Notes: generated by a model not told the origin, from the sequence alone. Shown: positions 1 to 9,124, counted from the stretch's first letter. The stretch is 26,392 nucleotides of DNA from an uncultured Acetobacter sp. (GCA_964410935.1 CAYPIZ010000003.1:1-26392), one strand, 5' to 3'. Translations and numbers: made by a program.

Positions 1-1
1 T

Positions 2-163
2 CATATTAGGGATTTGTATCATATACAAGGCATATGTGGAAGATATCATCCTAAAAATAATAGAAAAGCTAAAACGGAAATAAGTATTCAACAATTATCC
101 AAATTTAGAGATACTTTTGTATATGCAGAAGTGTCTGCAGAGTTTGTCGTTGTATTTATATAG
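2..163 (+). CDS. Possible 3' end of a gene entering from the left edge (partial, unknown product)
   Basis: Frame 2 is open for 53 codons (HIRDLYHIQGICGRY...AEFVVVFI) to TAG at 161-163 and is followed directly by a terminator hairpin. No recognisable motif. Confidence 0.3.
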   Translation, partial: HIRDLYHIQGICGRYHPKNNRKAKTEISIQQLSKFRDTFVYAEVSAEFVVVFI

Positions 164-169
164 CCAAAC

Positions 170-205
170 AAAAACACGGGGTGATTACTCACCCCGCGTT
201 TTTTT
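170..205. terminator. Intrinsic terminator, probably bidirectional
   Basis: Stem CGGGGTGA (177-184), loop TTAC, stem TCACCCCG (189-196). T-run on + (199-205) and an A-rich run on the left that gives U's on the - strand. Lies 12 nt past the stop of the 218..2575 gene. Confidence 0.85.
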
Positions 206-217
206 CATCCTTGAAGC

Positions 218-2575
218 TTACTTACGTTTCTTAGCAGGCATTGCTTCAGGAGCTTTGGTTTCCTGCAAAATCTTTTCAGTTACAGGTTTATAAACCGGTT
301 TTTCCCATGGGCTCTTCTTTTCGTAAAGCTTTTCACAGATAGAAAGCCCTACGCTTCTTAAAGCCGTTTCTGTCGGGATAAACAAGTCCATTCCCTCTTC
401 AGTCTGTTTTGCAGAGTTTGAAATACCGTTAACCGTTCCTAGTTTATCAATCAGCACACTGCCGACAGATACTTTTTGAACAAGCGTATCAACGATGATT
501 TCCGTTCCTAACGTATCAGAATAACGATAACCATAGATTTTACCACTGTTATCCATGTAATTCTTACCGGTTTCACCTTCATTTCCAAGCAAGCCTAAAG
601 AAATAAAGCCCTCTTGATCAATTGCCGGTAAATCCAAATTCAATGATAACGGTGTATACGTTACCGGTTTTTCCAGATGCATTAACGCAGTATTTTTGCT
701 CGGATTTACTCTAACAGCCTTGGCTTTCAAAGTTTCACCGTTAATCGTTTTGATATCATAAGTATTTTGCAACTTATTTACCAAACCGGCTGATGTTAAT
801 ACAAACGAATCGGAAATGATTAAGCCCATACCTTTTTTGCCCTTGGCATTGGTGATTTCTACAACTGAGCCACGAATTTTAAGCATATTTTCAGGACTTA
901 ACTCGTTATAAGGCGGACGGTCTACAATGCAAAGTTTAGAATCTACTTTGTAGCCATCTAAATCAACCCAGCTGTCATCAACCAAAGTACAACTACCGTC
1001 GGCGATAACATCCCCATTTTCATCAATGCAGTTTTCATAAGAACGATGTGTTTCTTTAACACCACTATCTTCTTGAACTTGAGGTTTAATTACTTTGTGT
1101 TCAACTTCAACGCCTGCTTTTTCTTCTACAGGAGGAAGTTCTCCACAATCTTCGCGGCAAGTTGTTTTACAATTTATACCGCCCTCTTCGCATACTTCGG
1201 TACAAATCTTGCGACATTTTGACTGTTTGCACTTACGCTCACATTTCATTGGGCAAGTTGCGCAAACAGGTTGGCAAATTTGCTGACATACCGGTGCAGG
1301 CGTTTCAACACGAGTAGTGGTAATTGTCTTCTTTTCTACAATTGTTTTTTCGGTTTTGACATCCACAAACTCTTCTACCTTTGGTTTTCCTTGTACTAAA
1401 GGACAACTCATCATCGGGCAAGCACACGCCGGTTGGGTGCATCCGCAAGCTTGAGGCGCTGCCATACCACACGGAGAAACAGGTGCTACCATAGCAGGAC
1501 ACTGAGGTTGAGGAGCATAATCACAAGAACGAGTGTATTCAATTTCTTTAGCAAAATTGCATTTATTCGGATTATATTTTGCATCAAATTCAACCAAGTA
1601 AGCACGTTCTTGTGCTAATTCTTCAGCACTTGGACGGATTTTTAACTGAGCTTCAAAGCCTGGTAATGAAGATAATCTGGCAGCAGCATCAGCAAATGCC
1701 GCTTCGGCAAGTTTTACCTCACCTTCGTAGGTGCCGTTTTCAACTTCTCCGTAACCGGTGGTTACACCTTTCCAAAATACCTTACTTTGGCTTAGATTCA
1801 ACAAACGCCATGTTACCGTCATTTCCGAAGTACCATTGCGTTTATCTGCCTTAGCAGCTTTATCCCAATCATATTCATCACAAATATTCATAAAGAAATT
1901 GGTAATTTCCGCAGTCAAAACATATTCCGGTAATTTAACCGAAGTATCGGCCAAGCAAACATCCCCTGGGATTTCCATTACTTTATAGCATTTATCGGCG
2001 GACTTTTTGAATACTTCCTGAAAAGCCATATTCTTTTGGATAACACGACCATGATTCAAGATAGCCTTTTTCGTAGCACGACGACAACCGAAAATCCGGA
2101 AGCGATAATTTCCAACATGGTTGGAATAAGGATTGTATCCTTCTTGTCCGTTAAGTTTGAAATCCACATGCGTTAAAGCAAATGAAGCTAAATCGCAACA
2201 ATTACGATTTGGATCTTTAGCTTTGTAGCGAGGGGCTGCAAACACATAATTTTGAGTTTTGAACTCAGGTGTCGGACAAGATCTACAACTTGATTTCTTA
2301 GTACCGTCAACTATACGAACTTTTTTGTCCGATACACGACGAGCTTTGCAATTTGTGCAACTTCCCCCCGGAAAAAGACTACCGTCTTCATCTGCGGAAG
2401 AAACCGTTCCTTTATTGCAGTTTTTGCATGAGCCACCCGGAAACAGGCTGCCGTCTTTTTCAGCAGGACAATCCGGACAGTCAGGCGTTGCGGCGACAGA
2501 GCTGTATGCTCCGAGCATCAATCCAAAAGCAAACACGCCGCAAATTATTTTTTTCAAAATACTTTTCGCTGACAT
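218..2575 (-). CDS. Secreted Cys/Pro-rich multidomain protein with a C-terminal trypsin-like (probably catalytically inactive) domain
   Basis: 785-aa ORF with RBS AGGAG. Signal peptide MSAKSILKKIICGVFAFGLMLGAYSSVAA, Cys-rich N-terminus and central linker. C-terminal GSVVEI..GMGLII..VLTSAGLV..NTALMHL..SVGSVLIDKLGTVNGI follows the Trypsin_2 pattern. Confidence 0.8.
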   Translation of the reverse strand: MSAKSILKKIICGVFAFGLMLGAYSSVAATPDCPDCPAEKDGSLFPGGSCKNCNKGTVSSADEDGSLFPGGSCTNCKARRVSDKKVRIVDGTKKSSCRSCPTPEFKTQNYVFAAPRYKAKDPNRNCCDLASFALTHVDFKLNGQEGYNPYSNHVGNYRFRIFGCRRATKKAILNHGRVIQKNMAFQEVFKKSADKCYKVMEIPGDVCLADTSVKLPEYVLTAEITNFFMNICDEYDWDKAAKADKRNGTSEMTVTWRLLNLSQSKVFWKGVTTGYGEVENGTYEGEVKLAEAAFADAAARLSSLPGFEAQLKIRPSAEELAQERAYLVEFDAKYNPNKCNFAKEIEYTRSCDYAPQPQCPAMVAPVSPCGMAAPQACGCTQPACACPMMSCPLVQGKPKVEEFVDVKTEKTIVEKKTITTTRVETPAPVCQQICQPVCATCPMKCERKCKQSKCRKICTEVCEEGGINCKTTCREDCGELPPVEEKAGVEVEHKVIKPQVQEDSGVKETHRSYENCIDENGDVIADGSCTLVDDSWVDLDGYKVDSKLCIVDRPPYNELSPENMLKIRGSVVEITNAKGKKGMGLIISDSFVLTSAGLVNKLQNTYDIKTINGETLKAKAVRVNPSKNTALMHLEKPVTYTPLSLNLDLPAIDQEGFISLGLLGNEGETGKNYMDNSGKIYGYRYSDTLGTEIIVDTLVQKVSVGSVLIDKLGTVNGISNSAKQTEEGMDLFIPTETALRSVGLSICEKLYEKKSPWEKPVYKPVTEKILQETKAPEAMPAKKRK
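2348..2455 (-). repeat. Intragenic duplicated peptide motif DGSLFPGGSCxNC (aa 41-53 and 64-76)
   Basis: 12 of 13 residues are identical between copies while the DNA differs at synonymous positions (GACGGCAGCCTGTTTCCGGGTGGCTCATGC vs GACGGTAGTCTTTTTCCGGGGGGAAGTTGC). Confidence 0.85.
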
Positions 2576-2587
2576 TTATTTGTTCTC

Positions 2588-4108
2588 CTAATACGTTTTC
2601 TTGAAAAGCCCGTGTCTATAAGATAAGGCTTCCATGATGTGCATTTTAGATATCTTTTTTTCATTTTGCAAGTCTGCAATCGTTCTTGTTAACCGCAAAA
2701 TTCGCATCAGACTTCTGCCGGTTAGACCGCATTTTTCTGATGATTCTGCTGCAAATTGCCGCAGATCTTCATCCATATCCAAAACTCTTTCTAAAATTTC
2801 TCCTTTTAATTCTGCATTAAAAACATTATCTTTTATTCCCAATGCATTAAGCCGATTAGCACAAATCTCCCTAACCCGTAAGACTTGGGCAGCCATTTCT
2901 TTAGAACCTGTACCTCTGCGTTCATCGGTTAATTGATAAGGATCTACCGCAGGAACCTCTATTTGCATATCAAAACGGTCTAAAAAAGGACCGGAAAGTT
3001 TGCTTATATATTCTTGAGCACATATTGGTGCTCTTGTACAACTCTTTTCTTTAATACCAAGAAACCCACAACGGCAAGGATTCATAGCAGCAACCAATTG
3101 AAAATTTGCCGGATATTCCGTGTGTGCTTCCACTCTGGAAATTATGGCCTTTTTATTCTCTAACGGTTGACGCAAGGCATCTAACGTTGAGCGAGCAAAT
3201 TCAGGTAATTCATCCAGAAACAAAACCCCATTATGAGCTAAAGAAATTTCACCGGGGATTCCTCTTCTTCCACCACCAACTAAAGCAGGTGTTGAGGCAC
3301 TGTGATGAGGTGAGCGGAACGGGCGGCAAAAGCTCAAAGTATTGTTCCAAGCACCGGCAACCGAGTAAATCATAGCTGTTTCCAAGGCTTCCCTCACCGT
3401 CAATTGAGGCAAAATTGTTACCAGACGTTCTGCCAACATTGTTTTACCACTTCCAGGAGGGCCAACCATCAAAAGGTTATGCCCACCGGCTGCAGCTATA
3501 AGCATAGCTCTTTTAGCACTTTCCTGCCCTTTGACGTCAGCCATATCAATATCATAGCTTGTTTTGATTTCAGCACTCTTTACCGGTGGTTGAATTGTTC
3601 CTTTGCCATTAAAGTAGTTCAGTAAATCCAAAATATGTTTCACAGGAAGGATATTAGGACAACTACTCCAAGCGGCTTCCGATCCATTAGCCTCAGGACA
3701 TACTATGCCTAAATTTTCTGCCAAAGCCCGTACGGCTGCCGGCAACACACCATTGACCTTCTCCAACCGACCTGACAGGGATAATTCCCCCATAAAGAGA
3801 AAATTTTTCATTTTCTCCTCTTCCACTATACCCAAAAGACCGAGCAGAGCCAAAGTGATAGGCAAATCATAGTGTGTTCCCTCTTTTAAAAGGTTGGCCG
3901 GAGTAATATTAACAATCACGCGATCATGAGGAAATTCAACACCAAGAGCAGCAAACACCGCGCGCACGCGCTCTTTACTTTCATTCACAATTTTATCCGG
4001 AAGCCCTACAATTACGAAATTAGGCACTCCAGCGGCTTTAATAGCCTGAACTTCAACCATTTGAGCATTTATTCCGACAAAGGCTACCGTTTTTACGCTG
4101 CAAACCAT
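2588..4108 (-). CDS. comM: YifB/ComM family Mg-chelatase-like AAA+ ATPase
   Basis: VGLPDKIVNESKERVRA, NITPANLLKEGTHYDLPI, Walker A GPPGSGKT, FRSPHHSAS, GEISLAHNGVLFLDELPEF, AAMNPCRCG, SGPFLDRFD, ILRLTRTIADL. Confidence 0.95.
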   Translation of the reverse strand: MVCSVKTVAFVGINAQMVEVQAIKAAGVPNFVIVGLPDKIVNESKERVRAVFAALGVEFPHDRVIVNITPANLLKEGTHYDLPITLALLGLLGIVEEEKMKNFLFMGELSLSGRLEKVNGVLPAAVRALAENLGIVCPEANGSEAAWSSCPNILPVKHILDLLNYFNGKGTIQPPVKSAEIKTSYDIDMADVKGQESAKRAMLIAAAGGHNLLMVGPPGSGKTMLAERLVTILPQLTVREALETAMIYSVAGAWNNTLSFCRPFRSPHHSASTPALVGGGRRGIPGEISLAHNGVLFLDELPEFARSTLDALRQPLENKKAIISRVEAHTEYPANFQLVAAMNPCRCGFLGIKEKSCTRAPICAQEYISKLSGPFLDRFDMQIEVPAVDPYQLTDERRGTGSKEMAAQVLRVREICANRLNALGIKDNVFNAELKGEILERVLDMDEDLRQFAAESSEKCGLTGRSLMRILRLTRTIADLQNEKKISKMHIMEALSYRHGLFKKTY

Positions 4109-4147
4109 TTGATATTATTCCTTATTATTGTTGTTTATAGCTCTTGT

Positions 4148-4176
4148 AAAGTAGAACAAAATAAAAACGCTGTCAA
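4148..4176 (-). promoter_or_regulatory. Putative sigma70 promoter for comM
   Basis: On the - strand TTGACA (4176-4171)-N17-TACTTT (4153-4148), about 40 nt upstream of the start. Confidence 0.6.
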
Positions 4177-4275
4177 TATCTTATTTAAAGGAATCGCGTT
4201 CAATTAAAGCAACTTTGGAGCATCTAAATTTTTTATAGAATTACACTAAAAGTGCGAGAACGTAATTTACCACAA

Positions 4276-4764
4276 TTACCACCGAGGAACGTTTTCCCCA
4301 TTACGCCATTTTCTTGTCGGATATGTACCTGTTTGCAAAAGATCATATTTTGCGGCAAACTGAGGAATATCCGTTATCAAGACATACCCCTCGGCTTGAA
4401 AATCCGCCGCACATTGCACAGCACTCTGTCCATTCATATCAATACACAGAACTTTTGTGCGCGTATAAGGATGAATAAGCAACACACCTTCTTCAATCTG
4501 TTGTTCACTGATATCTCCGTAATATTGAGGCATTGGTTGCATACACGGTTGTGGCGGTAAAATAGGCTCTCCTGTGCATTTACGGTTATTCACACAGATT
4601 TTACGTCCGTCTTTAGTAGACCCTATTGCATAAAGAACTTCTTCCTGAGCATCTTGAGGAGCACAAGCCATTCCCTCCGGCGGCATTTCGTAAACATACT
4701 CATCCGTACAGGAAACAATTGCCAGTACAGCCATTAGAACAGAAAGTTTTCTTATTTTTACCAT
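4276..4764 (-). CDS. Hypothetical lipoprotein (Cys/Pro-containing)
   Basis: 162 aa. Basic N-terminus, hydrophobic stretch and lipobox-like IVS-C (C19). No family recognised. Confidence 0.75.
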   Translation of the reverse strand: MVKIRKLSVLMAVLAIVSCTDEYVYEMPPEGMACAPQDAQEEVLYAIGSTKDGRKICVNNRKCTGEPILPPQPCMQPMPQYYGDISEQQIEEGVLLIHPYTRTKVLCIDMNGQSAVQCAADFQAEGYVLITDIPQFAAKYDLLQTGTYPTRKWRNGENVPRW

Positions 4765-4860
4765 TAGGAAACCTTTTTTATTTACACACTTTCTTTTAAT
4801 TTACTCAAGAAGAGTTAATTTGCACGCAAAATAAATTGTTATAAACAAAAAAGTATTCTT

Positions 4861-5562
4861 TTATTCTTCTCCGCCTCTAAAACCTTGGGCAACGACATAC
4901 GTTTCAGGAGATTTATCACGGCTGGCATCAGGCTTATAATGACTGACTTTGGCAAAATTTTTCTTCATATCAGCCAACAACGAGCCCTCTGCCCCGCCTT
5001 GGAACACCTTTGCAATAAAAACACCGTTTGGAGCTAAAACCGTTTTGGCAAATTCATACGCAGTTTCCACCAACCCAATTGTCCGCAGATGATCAGTTTG
5101 CTGGTGGCCTGTCGTATTCGCCGCCATATCGCTCATCACCACATCAGCTCTTTGTCCGTCAAGCAGGGCTAACAACTTTTCAGTAGCCGTATCTTCCGTA
5201 AAATCCTGACAAACAAAGGTCGCCCCCTCTAACGGTTCTGTCGGAAGAATATCCAATCCGACAAGCTTACCGCTTCCTTTTAAAAACGAAGCTGCAATCT
5301 GCGACCAACCACCCGGGGCACACCCTAAATCAACAATCACCTTGTGACGGCTTAAAAATTTATACTTTTCATTCAGTTGAATAAGCTTAAAAGCGGCGCG
5401 TGAGCGATACCCATGTTCTTTTGCCGCTGCGACATATGGATCATTTAGCTGACGTTCCAGCCAACGATTGGATGATGAAGTGTGATAGCGCGCTTCTTTT
5501 AAACGCACCGTCAACATTTTCTTCCCCCGAACTTCTTTAGCGGATTTCGTCAGTTTTGCCAT
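4861..5562 (-). CDS. rlmE: 23S rRNA Um2552 2'-O-methyltransferase (RlmE/FtsJ)
   Basis: WLERQLNDPYV, GYRSRAAFKL, VDLGCAPGGWSQ, VVMSDMAAN, KVFQGG, KPDASRDKSPETY. Confidence 0.96.
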   Translation of the reverse strand: MAKLTKSAKEVRGKKMLTVRLKEARYHTSSSNRWLERQLNDPYVAAAKEHGYRSRAAFKLIQLNEKYKFLSRHKVIVDLGCAPGGWSQIAASFLKGSGKLVGLDILPTEPLEGATFVCQDFTEDTATEKLLALLDGQRADVVMSDMAANTTGHQQTDHLRTIGLVETAYEFAKTVLAPNGVFIAKVFQGGAEGSLLADMKKNFAKVSHYKPDASRDKSPETYVVAQGFRGGEE

Positions 5563-5579
5563 AACATCCTCATATTTTT

Positions 5580-6041
5580 CTATAAGCCGTTATTTTCTTT
5601 AGTGGGTTGAACAGGCATATAACCTACGCCTCCAAAGTATTTTTGCATAAAGCCTTCTTCCATTTCCATAACAGGTGTTTCATCCTTAGATATAACAACT
5701 TCCTCTCCATTTTCTTTGGTTAGCTCTACAACTTTCGTTAATCTGCCATCCAAATCAAATTCTATGGAAACGACGTTACGTTCCAGTTCTTCAGGTTTCA
5801 AAAAAGCAAGCCGTTTCATAGTGGTATTCATATAGATCCAGGTACGATGATCCAGACTCGAAACAACACTGGGAGACCCCATAATTTCCAGAAATTAGTC
5901 CTCTGTCATCCCTTGTTTTAAAGAAACAATATCTTTTCTGGACGGCATATTCCCTTCCGTCTGATTAAAGTAATCCGTTGAGCAGGCGCCTAACATCAGC
6001 ACTCCGACCATAGTAGAAAAAAGAACTTTGTTTATTGACAT
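5580..6041 (-). pseudogene. bamE: Outer membrane protein assembly factor BamE (SmpA/OmlA) interrupted by an in-frame TAA at codon 49 (real nonsense allele or sequence error)
   Basis: From ATG 6041 (RBS AAGGA): MSINKVLFSTMVGVLMLGAC (lipobox LGA-C) STDYFNQTEGNMPSRKDIVSLKQGMTED*FLEIMGSPS...WIY... The SmpA motif GMT..V..ILGSP spans the stop at 5897-5895. The ORF track reports only the part after the stop. Position next to yceD-plsX fits bamE. Confidence 0.85.
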
Positions 6042-6064
6042 CTTTCAATCCTTACACTTATACT
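6035..6064 (+). promoter_or_regulatory. Putative sigma70 promoter for yceD, overlapping the bamE start codon and RBS on the other strand
   Basis: TTGACA (6035-6040)-N18-TATACT (6059-6064). Confidence 0.6.
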
Positions 6065-6101
6065 TGTAATAAATATGTTCTATAACACAAGGAAAAAAGG
6101 A

Positions 6102-6614
6102 ATGCAAAAAGATTTTTCTTATCCCCTGAAAATTGATGAATTAGGTAGTGGTGAGCAACACTATACTCTCAACGCAGACAAGGAAGAACTGGATATTTTA
6201 CAAAATATTTTGCAAGTTCCGGCTGTGAATAGTTTTACGGCAGATTTCGTTTTGAAATTCTCCAAAAAGAGCAATCAACTAAAAATAACGGGTACTGTCA
6301 AAGCAAATTTAGGACTCGTTAGTGTTATCTCCTTAGATGCTTTTGACAGAGATTATACAAACACTTTTGACCTGCTATACGATACAGCCGCCACGTACGA
6401 GGATATTTACGGTAATGATGATGACATCAATGCGGATGTACCGGATATTATTTATAATGGAGAAATTAACTTAGCAGATATTGCTATTGAGCAGTTAGCC
6501 CTGGTAATGGAAGACAATCCGCGTCGCGACGGTGAAACTTTTTCAGGTTTTATTGAAGACGACTCGCCTGTAACATCCAATCCGTTTGCTGCTTTATCCA
6601 AATTAAAGAAATAG
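6102..6614 (+). CDS. yceD: DUF177/YceD family protein
   Basis: Start ATG 6102 preferred (RBS AAGG). GEINLADIAIEQLALVMEDNPR and C-terminal NPFAALSKLK. Directly upstream of rpmF. Confidence 0.85.
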   Translation: MQKDFSYPLKIDELGSGEQHYTLNADKEELDILQNILQVPAVNSFTADFVLKFSKKSNQLKITGTVKANLGLVSVISLDAFDRDYTNTFDLLYDTAATYEDIYGNDDDINADVPDIIYNGEINLADIAIEQLALVMEDNPRRDGETFSGFIEDDSPVTSNPFAALSKLKK

Positions 6615-6766
6615 GAGCACGCTATTTTATTTGAAAAGGTAAAAAAAATGCTTGCCAAATACTTTTTTTTTATATAAAAGCGTATCCAGCAACTTTTGTT
6701 GAAGCTTAATTGAAGTTTCACAAGAGTTATTTGTGTAAAGTAAATTTTAGATAAAGAGTTAAAAAA

Positions 6767-6958
6767 ATGGCTACACCTAAAAAGAAAACATCACAATCTC
6801 GTCGTAACATGCGTCGTTCTCATGATGCATTAACACCTAATGCATATCATGAATGCCCGAATTGCGGCGAATTGAAACGCCCTCATAATGTATGCCCGAA
6901 ATGCGGTCAGTATGATGGCAAAGAAGTTGTTGCTCAGAAAAACAAAGACGAAGAGTAA
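6767..6958 (+). CDS. rpmF: 50S ribosomal protein bL32 (zinc-ribbon, C+ type)
   Basis: [39 protein letters not shown]. Confidence 0.97.
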   Translation: MATPKKKTSQSRRNMRRSHDALTPNAYHECPNCGELKRPHNVCPKCGQYDGKEVVAQKNKDEE

Positions 6959-6985
6959 TACTTCTTTTATAGAAACTTTATTTGT

Positions 6986-8050
6986 ATGGAGCAGGTTTTG
7001 TCTGAAAGTAATCTGGTCATATCAATAGATGCTATGGGGGGGGATAATTCCCCCAAAGTAGTAATAGAGGGATTGTTTCTCGCTCATAAAAGAAATCCTG
7101 ATATTAGATTTTTGGTGTATGGTGACAAACAAAAAATTGCGGAGGAGATGGTGAAATTTCCTTCATTAAGTGGTGTTTGTCAGATTTTTCATACAGCAGA
7201 ATTTGTTCATAATGAAGATAAGCCCTCGCATGTTATTCGGAATCGGGAGACAAGTATGTATCAGGCCGTAGAAGCCGTTAAGAACGGTGAAGCTATGGCT
7301 GTTGTTTCTGCCGGTAACACAGGAGCTTTGATGGCGATTTCAAAACTTCTCCTGAAGACCATTCAGAAAATTCATCGGCCGGCAATTATCAGTATTATGC
7401 CTCATCAGACCGGGCGTTATGTTATGCTGGACTTGGGAGCAAATACGGAATGTGACGGCATTAACCTGGCTGAATTTGCAATTATGGGAAACATTTTTGC
7501 AAAATATGCTTTGGGAATTGAGCAGCCTAAAGTTGCTTTGATGAATATTGGTGCTGAAGAAATGAAAGGCAAAGGAGAAATTCACGTTGCTGCGCATATT
7601 GTGAAGAATCCTCACCTGAATTTGAATTTCATCGGCTATATAGAACCACATGAAATTCCTAACGGTAAGGCAGATGTTATTGTTGCTGACGGTTTTTCAG
7701 GAAATATCGCCTTAAAGTCCGTTGAGGGAACTTGCCACTTAATCATGCGTCTCATAAAGCAGAGCATCAAAGACTCCGTTTTGGCTAAGCTTGGATTACC
7801 TTTTATGTTAGGGGCAATGAAAAAACTTAAAAAAACCATGGATCCGAGATTGTATAACGGGGCAATGTTTGTCGGATTGAACGGATTATCCGTCAAAAGT
7901 CATGGCGGAACCGATGCTTTTGGTTTTTCGGTGGCTGTAGAAAATGCTGCCCGTTTGGTTAGAAAAGATTTTGTCGGCTCAATCCGTAAAGAGCTTGAAA
8001 ATATTGATTTAGATGAACTTTCACAGGAAGCTTGTTATGAAGTGTACTAG
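6986..8050 (+). CDS. plsX: Phosphate acyltransferase PlsX
   Basis: IDAMGGDNSP, VSAGNTGALM, LDLGAN, LMNIGAEEMKG, ADGFSGNIALKSVEG, YNGAMFVGLNGLSVKSHG. Confidence 0.97.
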   Translation: MEQVLSESNLVISIDAMGGDNSPKVVIEGLFLAHKRNPDIRFLVYGDKQKIAEEMVKFPSLSGVCQIFHTAEFVHNEDKPSHVIRNRETSMYQAVEAVKNGEAMAVVSAGNTGALMAISKLLLKTIQKIHRPAIISIMPHQTGRYVMLDLGANTECDGINLAEFAIMGNIFAKYALGIEQPKVALMNIGAEEMKGKGEIHVAAHIVKNPHLNLNFIGYIEPHEIPNGKADVIVADGFSGNIALKSVEGTCHLIMRLIKQSIKDSVLAKLGLPFMLGAMKKLKKTMDPRLYNGAMFVGLNGLSVKSHGGTDAFGFSVAVENAARLVRKDFVGSIRKELENIDLDELSQEACYEVY

Positions 8051-9017
8051 AACAGAAATTATCGGTTGCGGACATTATCTCCCGGCCAAAGTTTTAACGA
8101 ATGATGACCTCTCTAAAATGGTTGACACTAACGATGAGTGGATCAGCACCCGTACGGGTATTCGTTCCCGTCACATTGTTGCCGAAGGGGAATTGACTTC
8201 CGACATGGCCTACAACGCCATTACAGTGGCTATGAAAAATGCTAATGTTACAGCTGAAGATCTTGACTTGGTTGTCGTTGCCACTCTTACACCGGACAAC
8301 ACGACTCCGTCTGTTGCTGCACGCATAGCCGGTAAGTTAGGTGTAAAAGCAGGGACACCGGCTTTTGATTTAGGGGCTGCTTGTTCCGGTTTTGTATATG
8401 CTATGACCATGGTGGATAATATGATCCGTCTTGGACAAGTTAAAACGGCTGCGGTTGTCGGTGTAGAGAGTTTATCCAAAATTGTTGATTGGACCGACCG
8501 TAACACTTGTGTCTTATTTGGAGATGGTGCAGGTGCCGTGGTTGTGAGGGCCACAGAGGGTGAAGGTACGGCGAACGACAGAGGGGTTTTAGCCACCAAA
8601 ATTTATGCAGATGGATCTCAGTATGACAGTTTATCTACCGACGGTGGTGTGTCTACGACTCAAACAGCCGGTTTTGTACATATGAATGGTAAAGAAGTTT
8701 TCAAATTTGCCGTTGGAGCAATGAGCGAAGCTTGTCATAGTGTTTTGGAACAAGCTAATGCTTCTATTGATGATGTGGATTGGCTTTTGCCACACCAGGC
8801 AAATATCCGCATTATCGCTAGTGTCGGTCAGAAGTTGGAGATTCCGACCGAGAAAGTTATTGTGACGGTAGATCATCATGGCAACACGTCAGCAGCCTCC
8901 ATTCCGCTGGCTTTATCCGAATCGGTTCAGAATAATACCATTAAAAAAGGTGATTTGGTTCTTATTCCAGCAATGGGAGCCGGATTTACTTGGGGCGGTT
9001 TATTGATAAGATTCTAA
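8037..9017 (+). CDS. fabH: Beta-ketoacyl-ACP synthase III
   Basis: Start ATG 8037 (RBS AGGA) overlaps the plsX end. Catalytic C (AACSGF), H (PHQANIRI) and N (HHGNTSAASIP). Also LFGDGAGA and AMGAGFTWG. Confidence 0.97.
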   Translation: MKCTRTEIIGCGHYLPAKVLTNDDLSKMVDTNDEWISTRTGIRSRHIVAEGELTSDMAYNAITVAMKNANVTAEDLDLVVVATLTPDNTTPSVAARIAGKLGVKAGTPAFDLGAACSGFVYAMTMVDNMIRLGQVKTAAVVGVESLSKIVDWTDRNTCVLFGDGAGAVVVRATEGEGTANDRGVLATKIYADGSQYDSLSTDGGVSTTQTAGFVHMNGKEVFKFAVGAMSEACHSVLEQANASIDDVDWLLPHQANIRIIASVGQKLEIPTEKVIVTVDHHGNTSAASIPLALSESVQNNTIKKGDLVLIPAMGAGFTWGGLLIRF

Positions 9018-9124
9018 ACTGAAGAAAATCTTTGTATAAATGAAGAGATATCTTGAAAGTTTGTGCATTTGTGATTATTCTTCGCGTTAATGATATTTAA
9101 TTTTATTTTTAGGAAAGGTAAAAC

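Noticed and set aside
5895-5897. Stop-codon reassignment (TAA read as an amino acid)
   Set aside because: Only one instance; TAA terminates many well-defined genes in this window.
9087-9100. CtrA-like TTAA-Nn-TTAA upstream of ihfA
   Set aside because: The spacer is 6 nt, not the required 7, and such matches are expected by chance in AT-rich DNA.
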